From assembly GCA_002189035.1 (NCBI GenBank), contig CM007989.1, forward strand, positions 1,054,001 through 1,118,000: a DNA stretch of 64,000 nucleotides, in the 5' to 3' direction. The translations under genes were made by a program, and so were the position numbers. The notes under the pieces were generated by a model. That model searched no databases, was not told the DNA's origin, and was given only the letters and a program-made list of their open reading frames with translations. Shown here piece after piece: positions 25,996 to 38,999 of this stretch. How positions within the stretch are numbered: position 1 is the first letter of the stretch; every line of letters starts with the position of its first letter. This DNA comes from Utricularia gibba. Lineage: Eukaryota > Plantae > Magnoliophyta.

Positions 25996-26812
25996 TTTTC
26001 GATCCTGAACTGAACTTTCCGTTGAAAACACGACACTCGACTTGCCCTGCATTTTGTAGGCGCCAATGAAAAGCGTGAGGGTATTATAGTAATTTCCTAA
26101 GCAAACCAACGGGATACTACGTGGCAGTTTTACAGCCTATATCCGTTATCGAATGCCGAGTCGTGGCGGTTAATCAAGCCCATTGGGCCTTTGGTGTCTG
26201 ACAGACCCACTTACGCAATTAATTATACTTATTTACTTTTTCATATTTTTAGCAACATTCTTCTACTCTTTATCACTATTTATTTATTTATTTATTTATA
26301 TGTTTAAAAAAACACAGTTGAGTGGAAATATTTCATCTTAAATTCCATGAAATCAAATTAATACTGTGTTCTGGAAAATTTTTGGATAGTATTTTTACTT
26401 CTATTTTTATCTAAATTAATTTTGTACAAAACAATTTCTGTTTTTAATAAGAATAATTTTTGTAACTAGTTAAAACTGAGCCATAAGTATAAATGAGAAA
26501 ACAGCTAATGACAAGTTTCATTTCGATTTTTTTTTTTTTTGCTATCAAATTTTCGAATATATATATATTTTAAAACAAGTCATTTTTATTTATAGTTCTT
26601 AAAAAATTTCTATTTTTAATTTTAATTTTCTAAAAATAAAATAACATTCAAAAAATTTCTAAAACACTATTTAAATCATTTGGGATCATGAACTATTTGT
26701 GACGTAAGTTCACAATTTTGGGTCATTGCTCAAAACTATACTACTGCCTACATACCATACATGTATACCAGATGACTGTGGTGGGGATATTGAGCACGCC
26801 AAGTGTGGGAAA

Positions 26813-28764
26813 TCAGAGGGCATCGTGGCTATGGCTGCTCCGCAGTTGTGTTGTTCTGGAGACGAGGGAGGGGATCATGGTGACTGTGGCGGACTCGTTT
26901 GCTCCGACCCTCAATGCCGCCTTCCCTGCTTCCACGAATCTCTTGACTGCATCTTCGGCATACTGAAGGGCTTCCCGCACATTCATGGCTGTTCCTATGT
27001 GCGAGTAGGCATTCAGGATATGGTCGCCGTTGAGCTGCGATGCGAGCTGGATCAACTCCATTTGGAACTCGGACAGCTTCCCATCTTCCTTCGGTCCGTG
27101 AGGCCTCAGCGCCATGGTAACTTCAGGCAGCTTCACTGAGAAAACGGGAAAGAAGAGTTTCAGAGATCAGTAGTTCTAAACTGGTTTAGGAACATGTGGA
27201 GTGTTAATGATGCTGACTCGGGCAGTCGTCTCGAGGGGTGTCGCGCATTTGCAAGAAGTGCTCGAACGTTCCGGCCCAGGCATCCCTTTTGGTCAGAAAG
27301 TTGGATTTGAGATTGAACAGCTTCTTCACGGTTGCAGGTATTGATGAGTGCTCGTACTGTGAGGATGAGGTTGGGCCATTTGCTTCATGAATCACTGCAA
27401 GGGAAAGAACAGACAAAACGAGATCCAAGTGAAGTTAAACAGCACCAAGAATCACAATATAGTGTTTTAGAACCCTTAAAAATGGACTACATTCAAAAGA
27501 ATCACTTCCAGATGAATGTGCTGGCCAGTTACTAGAATAATTGCTCTTTCTACCAAAAAGATTTGCACTAATTAACCATTGAGGCTATGCACAATACTTT
27601 AAGTTTCATCTTCCAGCAACATGTAACAGTAAGACAAAGCGTATCGAAGAATCGCATACCAGTGCCTTTCTCAACCCATGGAGAGATAAAAAATGTGGGA
27701 ACACGAACACCGAGCCGGTCGAACTTGAAATAATATGGGGCAGGGCCGATGATCCCATCTGGATTTGGAACCCCTGAAACAGGTGTAGGAACATGGTCAT
27801 AGAATCCACCATGTTCATCATATGTAATCAGCAATGCCATCTCTTTCCACTGTGGGCTAGCCCTCAAAGTTTCATACACCTCCTTCACAAACTTTTGACC
27901 AATGGCCACATCATGAGATGGATGATCATCATTTGCAGGGAAAAGGGAAACATCAAAGTATCTCTGCTCAATCACCACATAATTGGGAAGCTTCCCCAAT
28001 CTAGCGTGGCGTTTAAAGGCTAAATCGTAAGGGTGGAACTTGACAATGTTCTTGAGTTTCCTAAGGCTCTGGAAGAACAGAGTAGCGGGAATGTTCTGAT
28101 AATAGATCCCAAAACTGAGGCCATTCTCCTCTAAGGAATCGAAAATGGTTTTTTGGGGGAAACCGCGCACAAGATCCTTTTTAACGTTGCTGGAGGCACC
28201 ATGAGAGGTAGCGGAATGAACATAGAACCTGTTGGGCTGCGTCGACGCCGGCACAGACGCGAACCACCGATCGAAAACCGCGAATTCGTTAGCTAAAGCA
28301 GAGTAAATCGGCACACGATCTGGCTTAAACCCACTCATTACAATTTTTGCAAGGTCTTCTCCTTCCATGCTCCAGGCCTGCTGTACAAACCCATTCATTG
28401 GCGCTCTACTAGCAGAAGTACCATTTGACCCAAAAATCTGCTCCCTAATCGCTTGAATCGAGTGCCCAGGATCCGCGGCAATGTAGAAGGCGTCGTCGGA
28501 GACGTGGATAGAGCGTGACGTTGGATCAGAGGCATTTACCCTGTTGAACTCAGAACCAGAAAGGCCGTCAATTTCGGGACGTAACTTCTTGATCCAGCCA
28601 AGTATATGATCGAAGGAGCGATTCTCCATTACCAAAACGACCAGGGTCTTAATGGGTCCTTCGATTTCATGCTTTGGGAAAGTGGAGGACTGAGTAAAAG
28701 AAGCGGCGAACAGCAGATAAACGAACCAAACCCCGAGAAAAAAGGGACGCCGCGAGAACCCCAT
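26813..28764 (-). CDS. NPC1: Non-specific phospholipase C (phosphoesterase family), 3 exons
   Basis: Signal peptide [14 protein letters not shown], then [32 protein letters not shown] and [12 protein letters not shown]. Confidence 0.93.
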
Positions 28765-29411
28765 TTTTCCCCGACGGGCGGCGGCGGAAAGAGGGCGATA
28801 ACTGATGTTGCCGTAGAAGACAAATGACTCGTATAATATAAACGACTCCCCCGGCATATCCTGAGGAATCATTCGGTTGCCGAGCGAGAGAAGACAAGTG
28901 ACGGAACAATCCTTTTCAAGGGACACAACACACATCCCATTCCCCCACACCTTGCGTGCAGCTTGCAATGTATTTTCTCCTTTTGAACATAGTTTCAGTT
29001 TATGTTGTAAAGACAAAGAATACTTTCCGTACTTGTACACACCGCAGCTTATGAGCATTGTAACTGAAAACTCCCAACGCCCATGAGTAATGACCAATCT
29101 GGAAGGATTAGCCACCGGTGATCGGAGCCACCCGCCGATTGCCCAGAATCGGATGGTTGAACCCTAAACCAGAAGGTAAACGACCGACGACTAATATGTG
29201 AGCAGAAAATAGTGCTTGGTTTGTCGGTATTTGGAAAGTAAACTTCTGGCCAGCCAACGAAACTGCTCTTATTCACTTCACGGTTGAAGAGTTGACGATT
29301 CAGTCCTGCTTTAAGACAGGGACGCATCACGAATCACAGTGATTTATTCACATAACTAGTCTATTGGCATTGGAAATGCATAGAAGAAGGCCACCTCCTC
29401 TAGTTCCGTGC

Positions 29412-32400
29412 TCATGGAACAGGGCACTTGCTTATCTTCCAGATTTCGTTGGCGTATTGTTCGATAGTCCGATCGCTGCTGAACTTGCCGCTACCAGCCG
29501 TGCTGAGTATAGACATCTTGATCCATTTCTTCCTATCCCTGTGGATGACACAAGTGTGCTTCAGAATTCTAGTGTGAGATGAAGTGAATGGGGTGTTTGG
29601 TTCAACTTCTGGGTCATGAAAACGCCATTTTAAGCTGTGTTCATGGGGTGCTTACTTGTATGCTTCATCGACCCTTTCCTGCGCTTCCATGTAGCTTGGA
29701 AAGTCATGTCCGACGAGGAAGTAGTCCCCTTTGCCGTACCCTGAGTTGCCCTCCAGTGATTCCAGCAGTGGGTTGTAGTCATAACTCCCAAATGCTCCGG
29801 ACCTTATGAACTTCTTTGCCTCCTCGAATCGTGGGTCTGGCTTGAACTGAGATCCAAACGAACACAACTCGATAGTATCAATAAGTTTCATAATGTAACA
29901 GTTTGTATGGAGTTTACCTGTCCCTGTTCTCTTTCTTTACGTAGGCCAGGAACCTGATCAGCTGTGGCTCCAAAAAGAAAGAAATTTGTTTCCCCAATCT
30001 CTTCCCTGATCTCGACATTAGCTCCATCAAGCGTCCCAATGATGAGACATCCATTGAGCGCAAATTTCATGTTGCTGGTGCCACTGGCCTCCATCCCTGC
30101 AGTACTGATATGCTGCGATAGCTCGCTTCCTGGGATGAGAACCTCCGCCACAGAGACGTTGTAGTTGGGGACGAAAACGACCTGAAGTCCAGGATTCAAT
30201 CATTCCATATCAGAGTGAGAAGATAGGCATCGAGGGAAGAACTATACCTTGAGTAAGCTGTTGACTTCAGGATCCGTGTTCACGACAGCACCAACATCGT
30301 TTACTAGTTTAACTATTCTTTTGGCATTTGTGTACGTTGCAAAGGCTTTTCCTCCGATCATGATGGTGCGAGGTGTCATCTTTTTACGTTCTTCAGGGCT
30401 CATTTCCTTCATTAGCAGTCATAATGGATTGCATGCCATGATAGGAGACAATGGATAACAATGAGACTTGAAAGCTAACCAAGAAAAATTTCACTCACCT
30501 TTAGCTTCTTGTACCGGTAGATGGCGCCTAAGATGTTCAAGAGCTGCCTCTTGTATTCATGGATTCGTTTGACTTGTATATCGAAGAGCGAATGTGGATC
30601 AATGGTCTCCCCTGTGACCTGCTTTATGTAATTCGCTAGCCGTCTTTTGCTTGCAAGTTTGGCTGATTCCCACTCCTTTTGAAGCTCCGAATCATCAGCA
30701 AACTTACAGGGAAAAGGTTTGAACATGAGAATCAACAAGGAAAGATGATTATCAAGATAAACAAAGAGGGCTGGTAATAAGGGAAGCAAAAATGAGCATA
30801 CTTGACGCAGATTTGTGAGAAGGTCAAGTTCAGTGGTCCACTTATCGGTCTTCAACCATTTGGTTATGATTTCACTCAACTCAGGGTTGCAGAACCTGAT
30901 CCATCGTCGAGGTGTAATGCCATTAGTCTTGTTTTGGAACTTGTTCGGCCAGACAGAGACGTAATCAGCGAATAACTCCGACTTCAAGATGTTACTATGC
31001 AGCTCAGCGACACCATTTACCTGAGAATAGATCAGGGATCAATGTATCGTTTATACTGAGATGAGCAACCATTCATAAACAAATTCCTCTGTGGACTAAG
31101 TAGGTAGAGCCTCTTACAGTGTGAGAGGAAACCACGCACAAATTGGCCATTCGAACAACAGCCTTTTGTGGGTTATGATCCAAAACACGGAGCTCACCAA
31201 CTTTGGCCTCTAGATCAGATCTTGTGCTCTTGATCATTGCAATGAACTGCAAAGTTGAAAGATTATTATTTTCCCCTAAGATGGTGGCGAGTTGAGTAGA
31301 ATCTGAGAGAAGAGTGCAGCACCCTTTTGTCAATCTCTTCGATGATTTCCATGTGACGAGGTAGGAGCTTCCACATAACAGCTTGAGACCATTTCTCCAA
31401 GGCTTCAGGGAGAACTGTGTGGTTTGTATATGCAATTGCTCTGGTAAAATACACAGCAGCTAATCAGAGATTTGCCAAAGGAATTATTCAAAACTTCATC
31501 AGTTAAGTGATACCTTGATGTGATATCCCATGCCTCATCCCATCCAAGGCCTTCTTCATCCATTAGCAAACGCATTAGCTCTGGTATGGCAAGAGTAGGG
31601 TGTGTGTCATTCAACTGCACAGCAACCTTAGATGGGAACTCAGACCACTGGATCGCCTCACTTGCAACCTGCCTCTCCTTGAATCTTGCGATGATATCCT
31701 AAAGGACTAAATTTTCTAAGCGAAAAAATTAAGCAATAAATTTATACAGAAACAGATAACAAGCTATCAGCGGACCTGCAGCGATGCACTGCAAAGGAAA
31801 AACTGCTGCTTCAGACGCAATAGTTTTCCCTCTTCGGTAGCATCCCCAGGGTACAGAACGGCACATATCTAGAGTTCAGTAATTTGGATAATGAGAATTA
31901 AACAGTTAACCATTAGCTTACAGATTGACAGAGCAAGAAATATTACCTGCTGAGCTCTTGAATGAAGCACAGCTGCAGACTCATACTGTCCATCATTAAA
32001 CTGAAACAAGTTAAAGTCCTCAGCCCTGGCTTGGGCATCCCAGAGACGGAGACTGTTAGTATTCTTTGTTCTATATCCAGGTATTGGCACATCATACGCG
32101 ACTGCTTGTATGACCTCTCCACCAACCCACTTTCGACTAAAAAATCAATGACAAACACAACGCATGAATACTTAACTGAAAAAGAACATGGTATTCCATT
32201 ATATTATAACTGCAGCAGCAGAGTCAAACTAAATAACTTTTTTGGGGTGCACTTACGAGCCACCAGGTTGGACATCAACTTGGCCAAAAAATCTGATTGG
32301 GAAGACAACATCATGTCTGACAATCTCCCAGGGGCTGAACTTCTGCAATATTTAGAATACATTTCATGGTGAACTTCTCCAAAAAGTCACAGCAGAAGTA

Positions 32401-33280
32401 GAAGTTCACAATGATAAATGCCATTGCACCTCCAGCCAGTCTTCGGCAATTTCCTCCTGACCTCCCTTTCCAATTTTCTGTTTGAACAGACCATATCTAT
32501 ACCTTAACCCATATCCCCATGCAGGTAAACTCAATGTGGCCATTGAATCAAGGAAACAAGAAGCGAGCCTTCCAAGCCCTCCATTCCCAAGCGCAGCATC
32601 TTTCTCCTATTCCCACAACACACCACATAAATTGCATACAAAACATCATGAAAATACTTCAAAAAAAAGCAAAAATCACACAGAAGCACACTTTGAAAAA
32701 AACAAAATCAATGTTCTAAATCAAACTAGGAAAGAATCAATCTTTATGAAGTGTGTAATGCTGAATGCTCAGATCGAGATACCTTCTCCACGACGTCCTC
32801 AAGTTTGTGACCGAGTTGCTTTAAAGCATCAGCATATGCACCTTGGAGATCAAGGTTTCCTACTGCATTGGTCAAAGCTCGGCCTTGGAGATACTCCATT
32901 GAAAGATAGTATGTTTGTTTAGGATTAACTTTATGATAATGCCTATAAGTCTCATTCCATTGCTGCACCCACAAAAAAAAAAAAAAAAACAGATTTTTCC
33001 AGTGAGCACGACTGTCTACTATGGATATCTGATAATCAACAAACATCACAGAGACAAAAACCTGGATGAGCCGATCACGAACACTTTCCGCAGTAGCACA
33101 ATACGCTTGCTCCAGCTCAAACGTGAATGCCGAATAATGAGGGGAATACCGAGCATGATAAACGATATTCGATGCAATATCATTTGGTTTCTCAGCCAGA
33201 GGATAAGCTATTGCTGGAAAAATCGCAGGGATTTCAACCTTCCCAACTGCGGAGTCATTGTTCTTCACGGAAGCAGCCAT
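29412..33280 (-). CDS. PHS2: Cytosolic alpha-glucan phosphorylase (H type)
   Basis: [66 protein letters not shown]. There is no transit peptide or L-type insert, and all exons checked splice in frame. Confidence 0.96.
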
Positions 33281-34028
33281 AGCCCAAAAACTTCAGAAGT
33301 TTCTAAAGATACACATAAAACCCGTTATTTTGAATAAAACAACAAAAAAACGAAACCCAGATACGGGAAAATTGGGTTCGGAAGCAGCCCGACGAAGAAG
33401 AGCAGATCTTACATTCAAAATGCAAATCAGAAGAAGCAACAAAACAAAACGCATTTACCTATGACTCGTATCAATACGAAGTACCTCTGAATCAAAGAGG
33501 CAAATGTTGGAGTATCACTAACATGAGATGAGGGAGAACCAGAGAGGAATACGTAGGCAGACAGACGCTTTCGGAAGGTGATAAAGAGCAGGTCCGTGAA
33601 AAGCGTCGGTATTTGTGGGGTGGAATGATTGCAGCAAACTATCAGATCAAGAGCGCGAGGACGCGCCACGTTGATGGCGGTAGAGTGTAGATAGCTAATT
33701 GATCAGAATTCAACGTTACATTCGCACGTGACTAGGGAGTGGACGGCATGGGAGCGCACAAGACGCGAATCCTGCAAGGTCCGGATCCATACCCAAATTA
33801 AAGGATTGGACAGGAACTCATCCCATTGACGCCATCGGAGTAGACGATCACTTGAGAAGAGATTGAAAATGCCAGTTATACCCGATGGGTCTGCATCACA
33901 GCGGACAGGGATGGTGGTAGTCGACTTGTGAATGTGTTAATCATGGGGCTACTTCGGTACAAACCGTCACAGTTTTCTAGTAAGAACAACCGGGCCTCCC
34001 TCCATCTCTTTGTACAACCATGAAGTAG

Positions 34029-36381
34029 TTAAGATGTTTGGGAAAGAGTGACCCTCTCTCCGGTGGAAAAGACATTCCAGAAGATCGCAGCCGAGAAATA
34101 GAGAAACGCTGTCAACAGCAAAAACGCCTCGAAGGAACCAACTAATTCCACAAAATAACCAGCGCCCACTGTTCCGATGACAGCAGAAATTGTTCCAGCA
34201 GTATTGCACATTCCTGTACATACAAAGATCAAGATGCATTTCGGAAATGTTAAGAAGAGGTGAAGATCAAGCAAGGGAAAGATGGATGAATGATCTAGTT
34301 GCAAGAGCACGAAACTGAGGGAAATATGAACAGCCAAAATGGACGTGAGTGTGGAAAGGGTTGAGTATATAACGTACCATGTATAACACCGGAGAACTCG
34401 GGAGCAATCTCCTGTTGGCAAAAGTAGAACACAAGACAGAAGACATCAGAAAGTGTTGGGGAAGGGAGTGCATACGCATGTATGAGATGGGTCACCAACC
34501 TGTGAATTCACGAGAAATCCACAATGACTAAATGCTTTCAGCCCAACTGCCACAGTAATCCAAGCAGAAGCTACAGCTGGACTTCTTGCTCGTGTTAGGA
34601 AGATTAAAGCCAGTCCAGGGCCATAAAATCCAATTGACTACCTCCAAAAAAAAGTGTAAGGGGTTATAAGAATATACCATTTCCTTAATGTACCAAATTA
34701 TCTCGTTTCTGTAGGCAGTAAGGGCGAAATTACCTGCATGACTTTGCGGGTTGAAGTTACGCTAATCCCCCTTTTTACCATCAAATCAGATATAACACCA
34801 GAAAAATACCCCAAAAGAGACATCACGGTCCATGGAATAGCGCTGAACGATGCACCATGTCTAAGGTCAACATGATATATCTGCAGAAAACAAAAAAAGA
34901 AAAACTCAAGTTCAAAACTATTTTACCACCTAAGAAAAATCCCTGTATCTTGTAACCTTACCGTCTTAAAATAAATTGGCATCCATGAAAGTATGACGAA
35001 AAGCCCCTGCATTGAAACAGGAGTAGCACAAAAAGCGTGATGTCAGTTACCAATTTTAATGGTTCAAAGAGCACAGTTTAGGAGAAAAATATTACCCAAC
35101 TGTACATTGAATTTGCTACTATCAAAGACCAAGTAGGCATTTTAGAGAGTAGAATTTTGAATGGAGGAACAACTAATCTCCCTTCCGGTTGGGGGCTTGA
35201 AACAGAAGGTACAGCACGGTTTTTCTTTATGTATCTAAGCTCATAAGATGATATTTGGGAACTTCTCTCAGGAGAGCTCGAGGTCGCTGATACCCAAACT
35301 ATAACCCAAAGAAAGCCAGACAAACCAAATATCACGAATGGTCCAAAAATGCCACCTCGTGACATCAGTATTGGAGACAGAATCAGGCCAATCGCGTTTC
35401 CAAGTTGAAATCCAGCCATTGCAAGTCCTACAGCCCTTGACCTTTCTGTTTGGGGAAACCATCTAAAACACGATACAAACTTAGAAAATCAAGAAATAGC
35501 CAGCAAACAGAAGATCAACATCTACAGTAAGCATCGCTAAAAAAATGATTAAATGACACTTCAAAAAGTTACCTTGCAATCATATTATTCATGCAAGGAA
35601 GTGCCACACCTTCACACATGCCTAGTAGGATCCGCGTTGCAAGTAAAGCTACTAACGATGTTTCAGCAGCCCATGGGGTAAGAAATGTAGCCAAAGACCA
35701 CAAAGCCACCCCCAAGCCATAACCACCTTACCACCATAATTGTCCACAAGAACTCCCCCGGCTATAGGTGATATGACATATCCCATAGAAAAGAAGACTG
35801 CCATCAGTGGCTATTACATCAATCAGAAGGAAAAGAATCAAACATAAAAATCTTTTACCCTATATTGAAACAAAAATAAAATATAACTACTCTAGCCCAT
35901 TCAATCACTACAAATTTTCAGCCCCCAAAGCGATATGAATGCAGTGTACCTGAACAACACCAGCGAAAGATTGGCGCCAACCATGCGATTGCGAGAGAGG
36001 CACGATTGCTACCGACATGACAACCCTATCAGCATTACAAAGAACCAAAGCCAATGCAAGCATTGCCACTACTTTCACCCTCTCCGAAGTAATAAACTCC
36101 AGATAACTCGGTTCCCGCACCTCGATCAAGCTTCCGTCATCCAACTCATCACTACGAGAAGCTCTAACTCGACTATATCCATGAATACCCAATCTTAGCG
36201 GTAAAAAACCTGATCCACATCGAACTACCCGCGAACGACCACACTGAGGTTTACTACTCACTACAAACGAAACCTTGGAAGGCAATACCAGAGCACATGG
36301 CCTCACAGTGCTCCGGTGGATCGGAAATGCAGCCGAACTGCCGCATCCGCCATCTGCCCAGAGAGAAGAGTGAGAAATCAT
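34029..36381 (-). CDS. PHT4;3: Plastid anion/phosphate transporter (SLC17/PHT4 family)
   Basis: Transit-peptide-like N-terminus, SERVKVVAMLALALVLCNADRVVMSVAIVPLS, WFPQTERSRAVG; ends FSTGERVT. Two missing Gs in exon 2 (35782-35784, 35709-35713). The exact start is uncertain. Confidence 0.88.
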
Positions 36382-36540
36382 TACGCGACAACACGGAGAC
36401 TGACGAGATCATCCGCCCTTCTCAGTTATTGCATTTTTTTTTCAAAACTAGGCAGCAAACAATGAATTATAGTTCCATTTTCCTAAAAGAAACGGTTGCG
36501 CTTAGGAATGAGGCCTTGGTAGAGCGCTAGGTAAATTCAT

Positions 36541-36566
36541 TGGGCCTACATGGGCTTGAGCCCAGT
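36541..36566. promoter_or_regulatory. Site II cluster (TGGGCC, TGGGCT, AGCCCA) upstream of PHT4;3; similar clusters lie upstream of DDB2 (~26178-26190) and RPL4 (~37984-38032)
   Basis: Motifs read directly 100-200 bp upstream of the respective start codons. Confidence 0.55.
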
Positions 36567-37099
36567 GTGAGACTTGTGTTGGTCCATTAAACAAAGAAAT
36601 TGGAATCAAAATTGATTTATTTAAAAAACGCTTCAACAAAATTTCTAGTTTAAAAAAACAGATATCTAAAAGTATTGATTATTTTTAAAAAGAAAATAAA
36701 ATCAAATTAGTTTATCAACTTTTGAAAACAAATTAAAAAGCAAAATTATCTTTTAATTTTATAGATTAAAACTATCATAATAATAATAACATGAAATTGA
36801 TACGACAATAATGATTATATTATTAACAATAAGAAAATCAATTACTACAGTGATTATATAATTAAAAAAACTGATAGACAAATTCAAAAAGCTCATTTGA
36901 TTCAACACATTTTTCATTTGATTCAACGGATGGGCATTGAGGATGCAATATAACCAGTCTCATCGCATAAGTTCAGAAGATGAATCTCGTATCTCAGAAA
37001 TGGCAGCGGATTTCACTCCGATGACTCAGAGGCCTCTTCTCCTTCACCTTCGGTTAGAAGAGACGACTCAGAGAGGATAAAGGAACAAATTGAAGGTGT

Positions 37100-37912
37100 C
37101 TATGAGATTTTACCTGCAGAAACTTCTTCTTCTTCGTCTACCTCAGCTCCATATCTCTCGTTCAGGAATTCGACGGCGCCTTTCGTGAGAACAATTTTTT
37201 CAGAATCTAAAATGTCGAATAGATTTAGGGTTCTTGGTGTAAGGAGCTTCAGGGTTCTGAGGTTTCTGCTTGACAGTTTCACATTTTCCGACACGTCCTT
37301 CAGAAGGAACATCGATTTCTTGGCAGGATCCAGCCCTAACCTCTTCATAAGCGCAATGAAATCCTTGGTTTTCGGCTTGTCGAATTTGTCTTCGAAATCT
37401 TCAACAACGATGGTGTTTTCAGCGGCGCTCGCAATCGCGGTGGAGATAGCGAGTCTCTTTTCCTTCTTGTTGATCTTAATTGACCAATCCTTCGGCTTAG
37501 GGCCAAACACGACCCCACCGCCTGGTCGGAGAGGCGTGCGTTGAGACCCACGGCGGGCGTGGCCGGTCTTCTTCTGCTGGTAGGGCTTTTTGCCGCCGCC
37601 TCTGACCTCGCCGCGGGTAAGCGTCGAGGCAGTGCCGCGCCGGCGGTTAGTGAGATCGGTGGTGATTCCACGGTGGACGACTGACCTCGCCGTGTCGGAG
37701 GCGGCGGATTTGAGGTTGAGGAGAGTGCTACCTACTTCAGTTCCTTCGAATGACAGCACGGGGAGAGACGTGAGCTCTGAGCGAATGGCGGCGCCACGGA
37801 ATGTGGGGCGGCGCTGGGAGACGATGAATTGATGCTTCGTATTCTGATTGGATCGGAAAATCGAAGAGGAAAAGAAGGAGATCGAAGAAGGGGAACACGC
37901 TGAAGCCGCCAT
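37100..37912 (-). CDS. RPL4: Plastid 50S ribosomal protein L4 (uL4c), intronless
   Basis: Ser-rich transit peptide, RRGTASTLTRGEVRGGGKKPYQQKKTGHARRGS, GGVVFGPKPKDWS. Confidence 0.96.
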   Translation of the reverse strand: MAASACSPSSISFFSSSIFRSNQNTKHQFIVSQRRPTFRGAAIRSELTSLPVLSFEGTEVGSTLLNLKSAASDTARSVVHRGITTDLTNRRRGTASTLTRGEVRGGGKKPYQQKKTGHARRGSQRTPLRPGGGVVFGPKPKDWSIKINKKEKRLAISTAIASAAENTIVVEDFEDKFDKPKTKDFIALMKRLGLDPAKKSMFLLKDVSENVKLSSRNLRTLKLLTPRTLNLFDILDSEKIVLTKGAVEFLNERYGAEVDEEEEVSAGKIS

Positions 37913-38099
37913 CGTTGGATAGAAACTGAAGAAACGTTAGCCAGTCATTTTTCTCTTCTGGTTCTCTTCCTCAGCGTTGCGTATTGGGCCGGACCTGGAG
38001 TTCTAATAGCCTAACTTCTTTTTTTCGGCCCATACATCCCAGGAACCTTATATTCCGTACTGTGTGCAGTGTGCACAGACCGTGTAATAGCCTACGCAT

Positions 38100-38880
38100 T
38101 CCTATTTTTGTATATTTAAGCAGGATTCATAAAAATTTTTAAAATATATTTCTATTTTTTTTCAAAATTATTTTAAATAAAAAATAATAAGTGATAAAAA
38201 TAAAAATAAATTATAATTGTTCTAGAAAACTGTTTCAGTTAAAAATTAGAAATAAGATATAAAAATAGTTCATTCTTTATTTTTTCAAAGTAATTTTTAT
38301 AATATAATTTCAAAATTAATTTTAATAAAATTATTTTTAAAATTAACAGTATTTTAGAATAAATTATTTTTATTTTTTAAAAAATAAAAATAGATTTAAA
38401 AAATTTTCTAAAACAATCGACTATTTAAATAATATATGAAATAATAATTTATGGTAAATAACATACATCAATCATATATTAATTGATAACTAATGTTTTA
38501 GTATCATGAATTTAATAATTTTTAAATTTTAACGTAGTATATATATTTAATCTTTAATTTTTTTTTACTTCTATTACTTTTAATCTACAATGTGCACATA
38601 TCAAATATAATTGATTTATAATATTTAAACATATGGTGGCAACGGGTGGCACTATAGGTAAGCGGCGATCGATGGTGGTCAACGTTAATTGTTAATAATA
38701 AAATAAAATTGGATAAAAAAAATTAGGATTTTAAATTTGTATCCATTTTGATATTATTGTAAACAGTAAAAAATAATTTTACTCAATTTTTAAATAGTGA
38801 TTATCAATTTGAAATAATGTAGTAAGTGCAGTTTATCACTGAAAATATGGTTGCACGTTTTGGAAAAAAAAAAAAGGAAA
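38100..38880. repeat. Very AT-rich island, likely decayed MITE(s). Similar islands at about 1580-2030, 2640-3000, 17340-17740, 26220-26690, 36600-36900, 44660-44900, 46400-46800, 52930-54430 and 57100-58230
   Basis: Very high A+T with sharp edges. A shared motif AAAAAATTT(T)CTAAAACA..CTATTTAAAT occurs at 26650-26676 and 38398-38430, and a weak foldback links 38123-38160 with 38385-38420. Confidence 0.4.
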
Positions 38881-38999
38881 CGACAATTCCAGAATCAAGA
38901 ACCCGAGGAAATCATTCAACTTGAAGAACAGCACGTAGGTACGGGTCGGGGTAGGGGTGCGGGTGCCCATGTTTCACGCTTTACTGGGGACTCGTGAAG

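Noticed and set aside
28765-29115. 117-codon in-frame extension upstream of NPC1
   Set aside because: It has no recognisable homology, and the ATG at 28764 directly precedes a good signal peptide.
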